Virus record (IMG/VR): IMGVR_UViG_3300035145_003993 | Span: 62,001-126,000 of that record | Length of the DNA: 64,000 bases | Direction: 5' to 3' (one strand) | In this document: positions 47,077-56,181 of the stretch, in pieces | How the letters are laid out: each line of letters begins with the position of its first letter | Position numbering within the stretch: position 1 is the stretch's first letter | The notes under the pieces: generated by a model | Database searches by the model: none | The model's input: the letters and a program-made list of their open reading frames with translations, nothing else | What the model was told of the DNA's origin: nothing | Made by a program: the position numbers and the translations under genes

Positions 47077-47814
47077 ATGAATGACAATAATTTAAAATCA
47101 AATCTCATTTCAGCATTAACTGAATATTTTAATGAAAACAAACAAGGATATACTAGTTTTCGATTTCATATTGATTCAATTTTAAAAGAACACATTAAGC
47201 CATTAACTTCTAGATCTATGAACTCTTCTAAGTCAAAAAACAGTGGTTGGAGACAAGATCTTATGGATAGATTTAAAGGAAGAGGTTCTAAATGGGTTTT
47301 TGTTTCTCTTAAAGAAATTGAACCAACTTTAAAGAAATTAGAAGATCAAGGAATTAATTGTCAAGATTATAGAAAAAACATTGAGCGATTAAATAAAGCT
47401 TGGATTAGATTTATGGGTCCAAGAATTATTAATGGAACACCTCATGCATCTTTTGAAGTTCGAACTCAAGGCTCAACAATTTATCACCCTCATCAATTAC
47501 ATTATATTTCTTTAGAAAACATTAAAGTTGATTCTGAAGAGTCTTATATCACATTAATGAAATCTACACCAAAAGCTTTAAAATTAGAAGAAGATTTTAA
47601 ATCTAATCCTAAATCTTTAGAAGAAACAAAAGAAAAAGTTAAAAAAATGAGAAATAAAAAAGAAAAGAAAATTTCTCAAAAAGAAAATGTTGTTGTAGAC
47701 AATGAAAATGTAGAAATAAACCTATCTGATATTCCTAGTAGTAATAATCCCGATGATTGGGAAGCTTTCCTTTCTGCTGAAGGATTAGTTGATTTTGATG
47801 ATCTAGACTTATAA
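47077..47814 (+). CDS. Early protein family A (copy 3)
   Basis: FRFHID..IKPL..WRQDLMDRFKGRGSKWVFVSL..AWIRFMGP..TPKALKLE. Confidence 0.85.
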   Translation: MNDNNLKSNLISALTEYFNENKQGYTSFRFHIDSILKEHIKPLTSRSMNSSKSKNSGWRQDLMDRFKGRGSKWVFVSLKEIEPTLKKLEDQGINCQDYRKNIERLNKAWIRFMGPRIINGTPHASFEVRTQGSTIYHPHQLHYISLENIKVDSEESYITLMKSTPKALKLEEDFKSNPKSLEETKEKVKKMRNKKEKKISQKENVVVDNENVEINLSDIPSSNNPDDWEAFLSAEGLVDFDDLDL

Positions 47815-48063
47815 AATACTTTATGTATATAACAATCTGCTTCATCACATTTGTTCTTGTGTTTTAATAGAAAATAAATCTCATGAATAGAAACTTTATT
47901 TTAAACTTTATTTTAATTTGTATATTTTTATATCTTTTAGTATATCAAACTTCGATAACTTTAATATTTTTTCTAGGAGCTTTTGTCTATTCTTTTATTG
48001 ATGCTATTATTAAAAAAGACTTGTAGAATATATTTACTAAACAACCTTATATAGAGTTAATAT

Positions 48064-48282
48064 ATGTTTAGTAAAAATGATCTGGTTAAATTATATAATG
48101 GAAATTCTTATGACATCGGTATAATAGTAGGATTAAAATCTTTAAATAGAAATTCTTTTTTTGGTTTAGAAGAAGATTATATACAGGATGGATGGGAAAT
48201 ATATTCTATACTAATCAATAGCAAAATAATAGAATGTGATGTTAATATAAAAAAAAATATAAACTACATTGTTAAAATATAG
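48064..48282 (+). CDS. SH3/KOW-like small protein
   Basis: NDLVKL..IGIIV. Confidence 0.5.
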   Translation: MFSKNDLVKLYNGNSYDIGIIVGLKSLNRNSFFGLEEDYIQDGWEIYSILINSKIIECDVNIKKNINYIVKI

Positions 48283-48314
48283 TTTATATACTAAAAGGAG
48301 TTTAGTTTTACTTT

Positions 48315-48632
48315 ATGATTAAAGAATTGTCTCTAATAGCATTAATGCTAATGACATTATTGTTATTTTTATTATCTTCGTGTCAGTTTGAAAAACCTAA
48401 TAAGAAAGGTCATCCAAGAAAAGATTTATATCAAATATATTGTATTCATCCGACTTTAGGGTATAAAAAATTTATTGTAAGTAAAAATACTTGGAATTAT
48501 CCCATTTATAATAATGGTAATACTTGGATTTTTATTGATATAAACGGAAATAAAGTTGTTTCTTCATTAGGATGTTATACAGATAAATCGATGAAATTTA
48601 AACAAGTAAGTAATAAAAGAAATGAAAAATAA
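48315..48632 (+). CDS. Putative lipoprotein
   Basis: Hydrophobic segment followed by LSSC. Confidence 0.55.
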   Translation: MIKELSLIALMLMTLLLFLLSSCQFEKPNKKGHPRKDLYQIYCIHPTLGYKKFIVSKNTWNYPIYNNGNTWIFIDINGNKVVSSLGCYTDKSMKFKQVSNKRNEK

Positions 48633-48912
48633 TAAAAACTCTAGTCTTATTACAAAGATTAAAGAAAATGATTTAATTTCTTTAAGAAAAGGAATACCAT
48701 CTTATCCTGTTTATTTCAATAGAAATAATGTTTTTTCATTAAATTTTGATAAATTTATATCTTGTGAAGAAATCTTAATTGTTTTAAAAAGTATTTGTTT
48801 AAAAGGAAAACACGCATATAAATGTCTTTTAGATAATGAACTAGTTTACATATCAGATTTAAACAAAGCTCATTTAAAACTTAACGTTAGATTTTGTTTT
48901 ATTAAAGCATAG
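48622..48912 (+). CDS. Hypothetical protein
   Basis: Overlapping ORF in the operon. Confidence 0.45.
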   Translation: MKNNKNSSLITKIKENDLISLRKGIPSYPVYFNRNNVFSLNFDKFISCEEILIVLKSICLKGKHAYKCLLDNELVYISDLNKAHLKLNVRFCFIKA

Positions 48913-48987
48913 AATTTTATTTTTTTATGTGTATTTATTAATTAATAATGGTATGATATATCATCAATCAATAAAAAGGAATTTATT

Positions 48988-49185
48988 ATGAAAAAATTTT
49001 TTGCTTATAAAGGTAATCTAGATTTAGATACAGCAAAGAGAAAAAAAATTGGCAATACAAAATTTCATTTAAATTCATTAGATATTGCAAAAAAAAGATG
49101 TAATAGAATTTGGGGTGAAGGTAATTATAATTTGTATATTTTCGAAAACTTTAATGATAATAAAACTTTTTTAAAAGTAGATTAG
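48988..49185 (+). CDS. Small protein family G
   Basis: Promoter 48929, AAAGGA SD. Confidence 0.6.
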   Translation: MKKFFAYKGNLDLDTAKRKKIGNTKFHLNSLDIAKKRCNRIWGEGNYNLYIFENFNDNKTFLKVD

Positions 49186-49192
49186 AGGTAAT

Positions 49193-49462
49193 ATGAAGAA
49201 TAGTCAAAAACAAGATTTAGCTCTTATGTGGATTGATATCATGGAAGAATATAGCATTTTTCTAGATGGAGATTTGATTATTGGTGACGAATTAAATAAT
49301 TATTTTAATTACAAATATAATAAAGACAAAGACGAGCTAACAGTTAATTTTGAAGTTAATGAAGGTTCTGCTTATTTTAAAGTTTTTAATGCTTCAAGTA
49401 TAAGTAAGTCAAAAGTATCTTTTAATAAAATTGCTTTACTTCACCAACAACAATCAAGTTGA
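49193..49462 (+). CDS. Hypothetical protein
   Basis: GAGG SD. Confidence 0.55.
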   Translation: MKNSQKQDLALMWIDIMEEYSIFLDGDLIIGDELNNYFNYKYNKDKDELTVNFEVNEGSAYFKVFNASSISKSKVSFNKIALLHQQQSS

Positions 49463-49471
49463 TAGTAAAAA

Positions 49472-49753
49472 GTGATAAAAAATATAAAAATTAGAGTTAC
49501 AACAGATTGTTTTGAATGTGATGATCTAAAAGATTTAGATGAAATTAGTTTAACCAATTTTTTTGATTTAAATACAAATATTAATCATCTTAGAGAAATT
49601 TCTTCAATTAAAATAAAAGACAATATCCTAACAGCTGTTAATAATGGAAAATTAGTTTGTATTGAGAATTTAGATATGACTTGGGAAAATTATTTTAAAA
49701 TTCTAGATAGCATATCAGATTTAAAAATAAATAACAATTTAAGTGTAAATTAA
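49472..49753 (+). CDS. Hypothetical protein
   Basis: GTG start; 3' end overlaps the next -35 box. Confidence 0.45.
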   Translation: MIKNIKIRVTTDCFECDDLKDLDEISLTNFFDLNTNINHLREISSIKIKDNILTAVNNGKLVCIENLDMTWENYFKILDSISDLKINNNLSVN

Positions 49754-49922
49754 ATTATTACATAATATAATAATAATATAAAGGATCAATATGGAATGTT
49801 ATTACGATTACATTATAAGAATGTGTATTTGTTACGAAGAAGAAATTATTAATACTTCTTACAAAATTTTTAACTTAGGATTTTATTTGGTTTAAACTTT
49901 ATTTGAAAGGCAAGTAATCTAT

Positions 49923-50213
49923 ATGAAAACTATATTTTGTTTTTCTGTGGTTATTTCTGTGTTATCTGGATGTACAGATGCAGAATTTTCTAAAATAACA
50001 ACAATTGGTCAAAGATCTGAAGCAGTTTGTTTGAGTGGAGGGATTTTATCATTTCATGGTATATCAACAGGAAAAGTTAGTAATGAACAAAATAGTGATG
50101 GATATTATGCAGTTTGGAATGTTATAGAAGCTCCTTATTTTAAACACATAAAAAAAGGTGATATTACACCTCTAACATTATCAAGTGATTGTAACATTGC
50201 TTATATTGATTAA
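49923..50213 (+). CDS. Putative lipoprotein
   Basis: VLSGCTDAE lipobox. Confidence 0.7.
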   Translation: MKTIFCFSVVISVLSGCTDAEFSKITTIGQRSEAVCLSGGILSFHGISTGKVSNEQNSDGYYAVWNVIEAPYFKHIKKGDITPLTLSSDCNIAYID

Positions 50214-50221
50214 AGGAAAAA

Positions 50222-50581
50222 ATGAAAAAGATTTTCTTACTATTAAGTTTTTTAATTGCCTGTGAAGCAGAATCCAAACTATCAGAAGAAGAATACAGAA
50301 GAATTGGTTATAAAGAATTTTTATGTAATAAGATAGACTTTATTGATACTAAAAGTGATAGTAACCCTTATTACAAAATATACTCTGAAGTAGAAGTTAT
50401 TGACAACAAAAAGTCTGGTTTAATATTAAGATGTTTTGATACATATAACTGTATACCAGAAGTTGTTTCTTATCAAGAAGTTATTTGTCAAAAATTATTT
50501 ATTATCGATAATAAAAAACCACTTTATAAAGAGTGGGATAATCATACAATTCTAGTTAATAATATAAAAACTATAAAATAA
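50222..50581 (+). CDS. Putative lipoprotein
   Basis: MKKIFLLLSFLIAC. Confidence 0.65.
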   Translation: MKKIFLLLSFLIACEAESKLSEEEYRRIGYKEFLCNKIDFIDTKSDSNPYYKIYSEVEVIDNKKSGLILRCFDTYNCIPEVVSYQEVICQKLFIIDNKKPLYKEWDNHTILVNNIKTIK

Positions 50582-50630
50582 AATTAAATTTAACGATATA
50601 TAGTAATTCTATAAATAGAAAGGATTATTT

Positions 50631-50765
50631 ATGAGATATTTTTACGTTATACTAACATCAGTTTCTTTAGTTTCTTTATTTACTTTTTTAAATGAAAGCG
50701 AAATAGAAACTCAGCATTATGACATGTCTGAATATGAAATTACAATTACTCCTAGTAAGAATTAA
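50631..50765 (+). CDS. 44-aa membrane-anchored peptide
   Basis: AAAGGA SD; QHYDMSEYEITITPS resembles 27936-28190. Confidence 0.5.
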   Translation: MRYFYVILTSVSLVSLFTFLNESEIETQHYDMSEYEITITPSKN

Positions 50766-50974
50766 AATTTTTATTTTTTATGTGTAAATTTAATCTTAAT
50801 TTAATATAATATACTATAAATAATTTTAAGACACTTTAATTAAATTATTGGTCTTAATAAAACAGTTTTAATAATAAACCTTTATTTTTAAGTCTGTATA
50901 TGTTTAGATTTCTTATAATATTTGATTTCTAAACTGCCCAAAAAATTTTTAACACGTTCTCTGAAAGGAATACA

Positions 50975-51361
50975 ATGGGAAATATTAATTTTGATACTAA
51001 TCGCTTTGTTGAAACTTCTTCTACTACACAAATTTCAAATGGTACAATGATGTTTATGGACACTATGAATCCAGGTGTTTATTACACAGCTAATAGAAAC
51101 GGTAATGTTAATCGAATTATTAAGACAAACGAACAAGTTGTGTCTACAAAAGATAATCAAACTACATTAACAACTTCAAGAAAGCGAACTCGTTATAATA
51201 GAATTAATTATCGTCAACCTAACAATGGATCTTTTATTCCACTACACCGTTTAAATGATCAACTTCGCCGAATTCAACAAGTTGCTGAAAATTATAATTA
51301 TCATGTAACTTATACTTATACTGACAGTCGAAACAATCAGATTCTTGTTACACCTCGATAA
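50975..51361 (+). CDS. Hypothetical protein (N/R/T-rich)
   Basis: Promoter 50782 with a long leader; AAAGGA SD. Confidence 0.65.
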   Translation: MGNINFDTNRFVETSSTTQISNGTMMFMDTMNPGVYYTANRNGNVNRIIKTNEQVVSTKDNQTTLTTSRKRTRYNRINYRQPNNGSFIPLHRLNDQLRRIQQVAENYNYHVTYTYTDSRNNQILVTPR

Positions 51362-51443
51362 AATTTATTATACATAGTTTATTTCTTTGATAAAATAAAA
51401 TTAGAGCTTCTTATGATAAAAAAATATTTTAAGAAGTTCATTT

Positions 51444-51516
51444 GGGCTTTTAGTGTAATGGTTAGCACGTCACTCTCATAAAGTGTTTAGTCTGGGTTCA
51501 AATCCCAGGGAGCCTA
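51444..51516 (+). tRNA. tRNA with CAT anticodon (Ile2 or elongator Met)
   Basis: Acceptor GGGCTTT/GGAGCCT; D stem GTGT/GCAC; loop CTCATAA; T arm CTGGG-TTCAAAT-CCCAG. Confidence 0.85.
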
Positions 51517-51542
51517 TTTATTAAATTTTTTAAGAGTTTAAA

Positions 51543-51908
51543 ATGAAAAATAATATATGGTCTAGAAATAGACATGTACTTAAAAAAATAAAAAACCCTT
51601 CTAAAAGAAAATATGAGATTGAAATAGTAATACCTGAATTGACTTTTGAAGGTGATAAGAAAAAGCCAGATTTTGGTAAGCTTTGTATAAATTTTTGTCC
51701 TAATGACTGTGTTATTGAACTTAAATCTTTAAAAGAATATATCTACGAATTTAGAAATCAACTTTACTCATATGAAAGAATAATAAATGTAATTTTTGAT
51801 GATATTATGGAAATATATAATCCGAAAAGTTTAAGTATAATTTTAAGTACAAATCCAAGAGGTGGTATATCATCAAAATTAAAAGTCGATTCTGAAAATA
51901 ATGTTTAA
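51543..51908 (+). CDS. QueF-like T-fold protein lacking the catalytic Cys
   Basis: PELT...[26 protein letters not shown]; the canonical CPxTGQPDF is replaced by EGDKKKPDF. Confidence 0.8.
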   Translation: MKNNIWSRNRHVLKKIKNPSKRKYEIEIVIPELTFEGDKKKPDFGKLCINFCPNDCVIELKSLKEYIYEFRNQLYSYERIINVIFDDIMEIYNPKSLSIILSTNPRGGISSKLKVDSENNV

Positions 51909-51931
51909 AATATATAGATAAAGGAAAACAG

Positions 51932-53230
51932 ATGTTAAATAAAAATAACTTAGACTTTAAGATCAAAAACATAGATTTAGCTTCTTGGGGAAGAAACGAA
52001 GTAATACTTGCAGAAAAAGATATGCCAGGATTAATGTCTTTAAGAGAAAGATATGGAAAAACAAAACCCTTAACAGGAGCAAGAATTACTGGGTGTCTTC
52101 ATATGACAATCCAGACTGCAGTATTAATTGATACACTAATTGAATTAGGTGCTCAAGTTAGATGGATGACTTGCAACATTTTCAGTACACAAGATCACGC
52201 TGCAGCTTATATTGCAAGTAAAGGTATTCCTGTTTTTGCTTGGAAAGGAATGACTGAAGATGAATATGAAGAATGTTTAAATGATGTTTTATGGTTTGAC
52301 GATCAAGGGCCAAATATGATTTTAGACGATGGAGGAGATCTTACTAAATTTATAATAGAAAATCATTCTGATCTAATACCTAACATTAGAGGGGTCTCAG
52401 AAGAAACAACTACAGGGGTACTTCGTCTTAGAGAATTTGAAGAACAATTAAAACTTCCTTTTCCTGCGATTAATGTTAATGATTCTGTTACAAAATCTAA
52501 ATTTGATAATAAGTACGGTTGCAAAGAAAGTTGTGTTGATGCAATTAGAAGAGCAACAGATACAATGATGGCAGGAAAAGTTGCAACAGTTGCTGGTTAT
52601 GGTGATGTTGGAAAAGGATCAGCAGCATCATTAGCAGCTGCTGGATGTAGAGTTATTGTAACTGAAATTGATCCTATTTGTGCTTTACAAGCTGTTATGG
52701 ATGGATTTAAGGTAACTACAATGGAAGAAGCTGTTGTTGAATCTGACATAATCGTAACAGCTACCGGTAACTATAACGTTGTTAATAGTCATCACTTTAA
52801 TCAAATGAAAGACAATGTGATTGTTTGTAATATTGGACACTTCGATAATGAAATTGACGTTAAATGGTTAATAGAAAATGCTGAAGAAACAAATATTAAA
52901 CCTCAAGTTGATCTTTATAATTTAGATGGAAAATCAGTTATATTATTAGCTAAAGGTAGACTTGTTAATTTAGGTTGTGCAACAGGACATCCAAGTTTTG
53001 TAATGTCAGCTTCATTTACAAATCAAGTCCTTGCTCAAATTGAACTTTGGACGAAATCTTCTTTTTACGAGAATAAAGTTTATGTTCTTCCTAAAATCTT
53101 AGATGAAGAAGTTGCTCGACTACATTTAGAAAAAGTTGGTGCAAAACTTGATATATTAAGTGAAAATCAAGCTGATTATATTAATGTAGAAATAGATGGT
53201 CCTTTTAAAAATAAAGATTATAGATATTAA
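51932..53230 (+). CDS. ahcY: S-adenosyl-L-homocysteine hydrolase
   Basis: [13 protein letters not shown]; [12 protein letters not shown]; LDDGGD; EETTTGV; [12 protein letters not shown]; GYGDVGKG; NIGHFD; [18 protein letters not shown]; C-terminal YRY. Confidence 0.97.
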   Translation: MLNKNNLDFKIKNIDLASWGRNEVILAEKDMPGLMSLRERYGKTKPLTGARITGCLHMTIQTAVLIDTLIELGAQVRWMTCNIFSTQDHAAAYIASKGIPVFAWKGMTEDEYEECLNDVLWFDDQGPNMILDDGGDLTKFIIENHSDLIPNIRGVSEETTTGVLRLREFEEQLKLPFPAINVNDSVTKSKFDNKYGCKESCVDAIRRATDTMMAGKVATVAGYGDVGKGSAASLAAAGCRVIVTEIDPICALQAVMDGFKVTTMEEAVVESDIIVTATGNYNVVNSHHFNQMKDNVIVCNIGHFDNEIDVKWLIENAEETNIKPQVDLYNLDGKSVILLAKGRLVNLGCATGHPSFVMSASFTNQVLAQIELWTKSSFYENKVYVLPKILDEEVARLHLEKVGAKLDILSENQADYINVEIDGPFKNKDYRY

Positions 53231-53302
53231 ATAAAAAAATTATACAATTATTAATATAGTCATATAATAAAAATAGATTAATTAATTTTAATCTAAAAAC
53301 AA

Positions 53303-53375
53303 GCTGGTGTAGCTCAATTGGCAGAGCAGCTGATTTGTAATCAGCAGGTTAAGGGTTCAAATCCCCTCACCAGCT
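53303..53375 (+). tRNA. tRNA-Thr(TGT)
   Basis: GCTGGTG/CACCAGC; anticodon arm GCTGA-TTTGTAA-TCAGC; GGTTCAAATCC. Confidence 0.95.
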
Positions 53376-53423
53376 TTCCCGTAATTAAACAATTACAGAC
53401 ACAGACACAGAAAGGAGTTTGAT

Positions 53424-53627
53424 ATGGGAGATTCAAATAAAAATGGTTACGAGATTCGTGAGAGTTTGCTTGGACTTGCAGTTGGAATTTTGGATACAAG
53501 AAATGCAACATTACGTGAAAACGAGTATATAAAGCCAGAAGGACAGCAACAAGAAATTCAACCTTACGATGTACAAGAAGTTTTACAAACTGCTGAAACA
53601 TTGTATCAATTCGTCTCCAAGAAGTAA
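53424..53627 (+). CDS. Conserved phage-type hypothetical protein
   Basis: NGYEIRESLL..A..L...EVLQTAE.LYQFVSKK; AAAGGAG SD. Confidence 0.7.
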   Translation: MGDSNKNGYEIRESLLGLAVGILDTRNATLRENEYIKPEGQQQEIQPYDVQEVLQTAETLYQFVSKK

Positions 53628-53636
53628 TGAGTTTTT

Positions 53637-53804
53637 ATGCTGCATAAAGTAGTAAGATTATTATTGAGTTTACATGGAATTTTTCACGTTATTGAAACAG
53701 CGTTAAATCTATATGAAGGTGCTTATCTTAGTGCAGCATTAACTTTATTCTCTTCGATTATCATGTTACTTGGAGCTTATATTGATTATGATCATCACAA
53801 GTAA
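53637..53804 (+). CDS. 55-aa membrane peptide
   Basis: MLHKVVRLLLSLHGIFHVIE...DHHK. Confidence 0.5.
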   Translation: MLHKVVRLLLSLHGIFHVIETALNLYEGAYLSAALTLFSSIIMLLGAYIDYDHHK

Positions 53805-53833
53805 TTATGTCACCATGATCATGGTGTCACTTT

Positions 53834-53905
53834 GGGATATTAGCTCAATGGTAGAGCAGTGGACTTTTAATCCATTGGTTGTAGGTTCGAGTCCTACATG
53901 TCCCA
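53834..53905 (+). tRNA. tRNA-Lys(TTT)
   Basis: GGGATAT/ATGTCCC; GTGGA-CTTTTAA-TCCAT; GTAGG-TTCGAGT-CCTAC. Confidence 0.95.
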
Positions 53906-53909
53906 TTCA

Positions 53910-53942
53910 GCATCCTTAGCTCAGTAGGAAGAGCAGTATACT
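53910..53942 (+). pseudogene. Orphan tRNA 5' half (acceptor strand, D arm, 5' anticodon strand to U33)
   Basis: GCATCCT-TA-GCTC-AGTAGGAA-GAGC-A-GTATA-CT; positions 34-36 coincide with the endonuclease stop codon. Confidence 0.75.
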
Positions 53943-54785
53943 TTACATATCAGAAAGATATTTTTTAACTAGTCTTCTTACATGAGTATGACTTATATCT
54001 AGATCTCTAGCAGCTTTAGAAACCCAACCCCAACACTTTTCAGTGTTTTTAATGTGATTTAATCTTGATTTAAGAAGGCTTTTAGCTTTTTCTTCTTTGA
54101 TTTTTAAATCATTTTTTCTTTTCGCTTTTCTTCTTTCAGACTTGTTTTTTCGCAATTCAAAGTCTATTTTAAAATTATCAAACTTATTCTTTCTTATTCT
54201 TTCAATTAAATTAGATAAAAAAGCATCATCGTAAACTTTTGAGTAATGAATCTCATACAACACCCAACCTTGTTCTTTAATTAAATCGTGCCTTTCTTGA
54301 TAATACTTTTTAAGAGACTTATCTTTATTGTAATGTTGCTCACCATTTACTTCTATTCCAAACATGACTTCAGGTATTGCAATATCAATAGAGAAAAATC
54401 TGTTTTCTAACGGCTGATATTCTTCAATGAAATCTATATTTTTTTTCTTAAGAAATTTCTTTAATTTTTCGCAAGGAATAGAATTAAATTTGTTTTTTGA
54501 ACGCCAAGGATGATTATCTGGATTTTCCTTAAGATACTTTTTTCTACTGTTAGATATTTTTTGTTTAAACTCTTTGGTATATACTCCTTTGTTAAAACAT
54601 TCTCGAGAGCAGTATTTTCTAACTGAGTTGGTTCTTGTATTTTTTATTGAAGTATTACAAGTCTTACAGAAAGAATCTTCAATGACTTTTTTATTTCCAC
54701 ACCATCTTTTATGATTGCCTGCTTCTTTTTTAGGTATCTCTTTTTCACATTTTTTACAATACATATTTATCCTTGGCTTGAACAT
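53943..54785 (-). CDS. Free-standing Vsr/DUF559-like (homing-type) endonuclease with N-terminal Zn-finger motifs
   Basis: CKKC..H..WC; CKTC..KYCSREC; SIDIAIP..GIEVNGEQHY..ERHD..QGWVLYEIHY. Confidence 0.8.
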   Translation of the reverse strand: MFKPRINMYCKKCEKEIPKKEAGNHKRWCGNKKVIEDSFCKTCNTSIKNTRTNSVRKYCSRECFNKGVYTKEFKQKISNSRKKYLKENPDNHPWRSKNKFNSIPCEKLKKFLKKKNIDFIEEYQPLENRFFSIDIAIPEVMFGIEVNGEQHYNKDKSLKKYYQERHDLIKEQGWVLYEIHYSKVYDDAFLSNLIERIRKNKFDNFKIDFELRKNKSERRKAKRKNDLKIKEEKAKSLLKSRLNHIKNTEKCWGWVSKAARDLDISHTHVRRLVKKYLSDM

Positions 54786-54861
54786 ATAATAAATATGATT
54801 AGATCAATGCTAATGCAAAATTAATTTAACAATAAATAAAAAAATAATAATATAATCGTAT

Positions 54862-54948
54862 GCCTTCTGCATCCCCACTGGTCTTCTAAGCCGGCCTCAT
54901 CAATCTAGGGGAATTGGAGAGTGTGAGGTTCGAATCCTCCAGGAGGTG
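54862..54948 (+). ncRNA. D-armless tRNA-like element with an Arg(TCT)-type anticodon loop and a possible 8/4 fold
   Basis: GCCTTCTG/CAGGAGGT 8-bp stem; CTGGT-CTTCTAA-GCCGG; long variable arm; GAGG-TTCGAAT-CCTC T arm; only 8 nt where the D arm should be. Confidence 0.55.
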
Positions 54949-54950
54949 CT

Positions 54951-54988
54951 TAAGCCCAAGAGTTCTGGTTCGAGTCCAGATAGGCGTA
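54951..54988 (+). pseudogene. Orphan tRNA 3' half B
   Basis: TAA-GCCCA-AGAGT-TCTGG-TTCGAGT-CCAGA-TAGGCGT-A. Confidence 0.7.
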
Positions 54989-55019
54989 TTGGTCGTAGGT
55001 TCAAATCCTACCGGGTGTA
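54985..55019 (+). pseudogene. Orphan tRNA 3' half C
   Basis: CGTAT-TGGTC-GTAGG-TTCAAAT-CCTAC-CGGGTGT-A. Confidence 0.7.
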
Positions 55020-55167
55020 CTACAAATACTTATATTCACGCAATCATATAAAAATTGGTGGCCTGATTTATTTAAATAGAAATTAAAATATTTTAAGTGT
55101 AATTCAAAATAAATTTTGATATAAATCTTATATACTTTAAAATAATTCAAAATAAATAGGATAAAAA

Positions 55168-55557
55168 ATGAAATTTTTAATTGACGAAGACGTATTATTT
55201 TCAACATCACCTCAAGAATTAAATGTAATTAAAAATAATCTAAGAAAAATTTTTTTAGAAATTCATGAAATAAAAAAGTGGAAATGGGAATTTTCTAAAG
55301 AAACAATTCAAGTTTGTATTAGAGATGGAAAATCATATCAAGACAATTCGGAACATTCAAAACCTACACTTTGGATTGCTTTAATTTGGGCTAATAGGAA
55401 AGGATCAACAAGATCTCCTGAAGAAGATAGAGAAATTTTTATTTCGAAAAGTACTATGTCTAAACCTTATTCTGAACAGAATGTATATACGTATCATTCT
55501 TATTCTGATTTGTTACAAAAATATAATTCAGGTAATTTAAATTTAATTATCAGATAA
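55168..55557 (+). CDS. Hypothetical protein
   Basis: Promoter 55097, AGGA SD. Confidence 0.6.
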   Translation: MKFLIDEDVLFSTSPQELNVIKNNLRKIFLEIHEIKKWKWEFSKETIQVCIRDGKSYQDNSEHSKPTLWIALIWANRKGSTRSPEEDREIFISKSTMSKPYSEQNVYTYHSYSDLLQKYNSGNLNLIIR

Positions 55558-55587
55558 ATATTTATCATATAAACAAGGAATATATTT

Positions 55588-55842
55588 ATGATAAATGAAG
55601 AACTAAATAAATCTGATCTTAGAAAAATAAAATCTTTAATTAGACAAGAAATTAAGGATTTCGAAAAAGAAACCTTAGAAAAAAAAGTAAAATATATAAT
55701 TAAAAAAGATTTTAAAAATATTGAAAATATAGATAAAGATTTTGATAAAAAAGTAGAAGAAATTACAAAAGACGTTATGCAAGCTTTTCATGATCTTCTT
55801 TACAAAGAAAAATATATTTTAAAAACAAAAGTTAAAAAATAA
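55588..55842 (+). CDS. Helical hypothetical protein with an INEE..IKSLIRQEI leader-like start
   Basis: AAGGA SD; resembles the ITE..LRSLIRQ leaders. Confidence 0.6.
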   Translation: MINEELNKSDLRKIKSLIRQEIKDFEKETLEKKVKYIIKKDFKNIENIDKDFDKKVEEITKDVMQAFHDLLYKEKYILKTKVKK

Positions 55843-56001
55843 AAAAGTGTAATTAGATATAATTCATATTATAATGACACATAATTTAACTCTGTTTATA
55901 ATTTATTAATTGATACATTGAAATCTATTAATTAAAATAAAAATCATTAACAGATCTTATTTAGATGTTATTTTGATTTTAAAAGTTAAAAGGAGTTTTT
56001 A

Positions 56002-56181
56002 ATGTCTAAAAGTAAAAAAACAGAAGAAAAATTATATAAATGCCTACATTGTAAAAAAAAATTAGTTTCTTTTCATTTTCATGTTTGTAGCAAATCCCAT
56101 CAAGAATATTTTGGTTGCAAATTTTGTGATGACTGGTGTATAAAGTGTAAAAAAGATTGGAATGACTGTAATGAAACTTAA
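56002..56181 (+). CDS. 59-aa Cys/His-rich Zn-finger protein (not in the track)
   Basis: AAAGGAG SD; CLHC..HVC..H..CKFCDDWCIKC. Confidence 0.6.
   Translation: MSKSKKTEEKLYKCLHCKKKLVSFHFHVCSKSHQEYFGCKFCDDWCIKCKKDWNDCNET

Noticed and set aside
53802-53843. Read-through of TAA 53804 into a His-rich tail (LCHHDHG)
   Set aside because: The extension runs into tRNA-Lys; the His codons are explained by the palindrome; no read-through signal.
53943-54860. Group I intron in the tRNA
   Set aside because: The ORF is antisense and abuts the 5' half directly; flanks are too short and AT-rich for a ribozyme core; no clean complementary 3' half follows.
54862-54948. tRNA-Sec (selC)
   Set aside because: The anticodon is TCT rather than TCA, and the long D arm of selC is absent.
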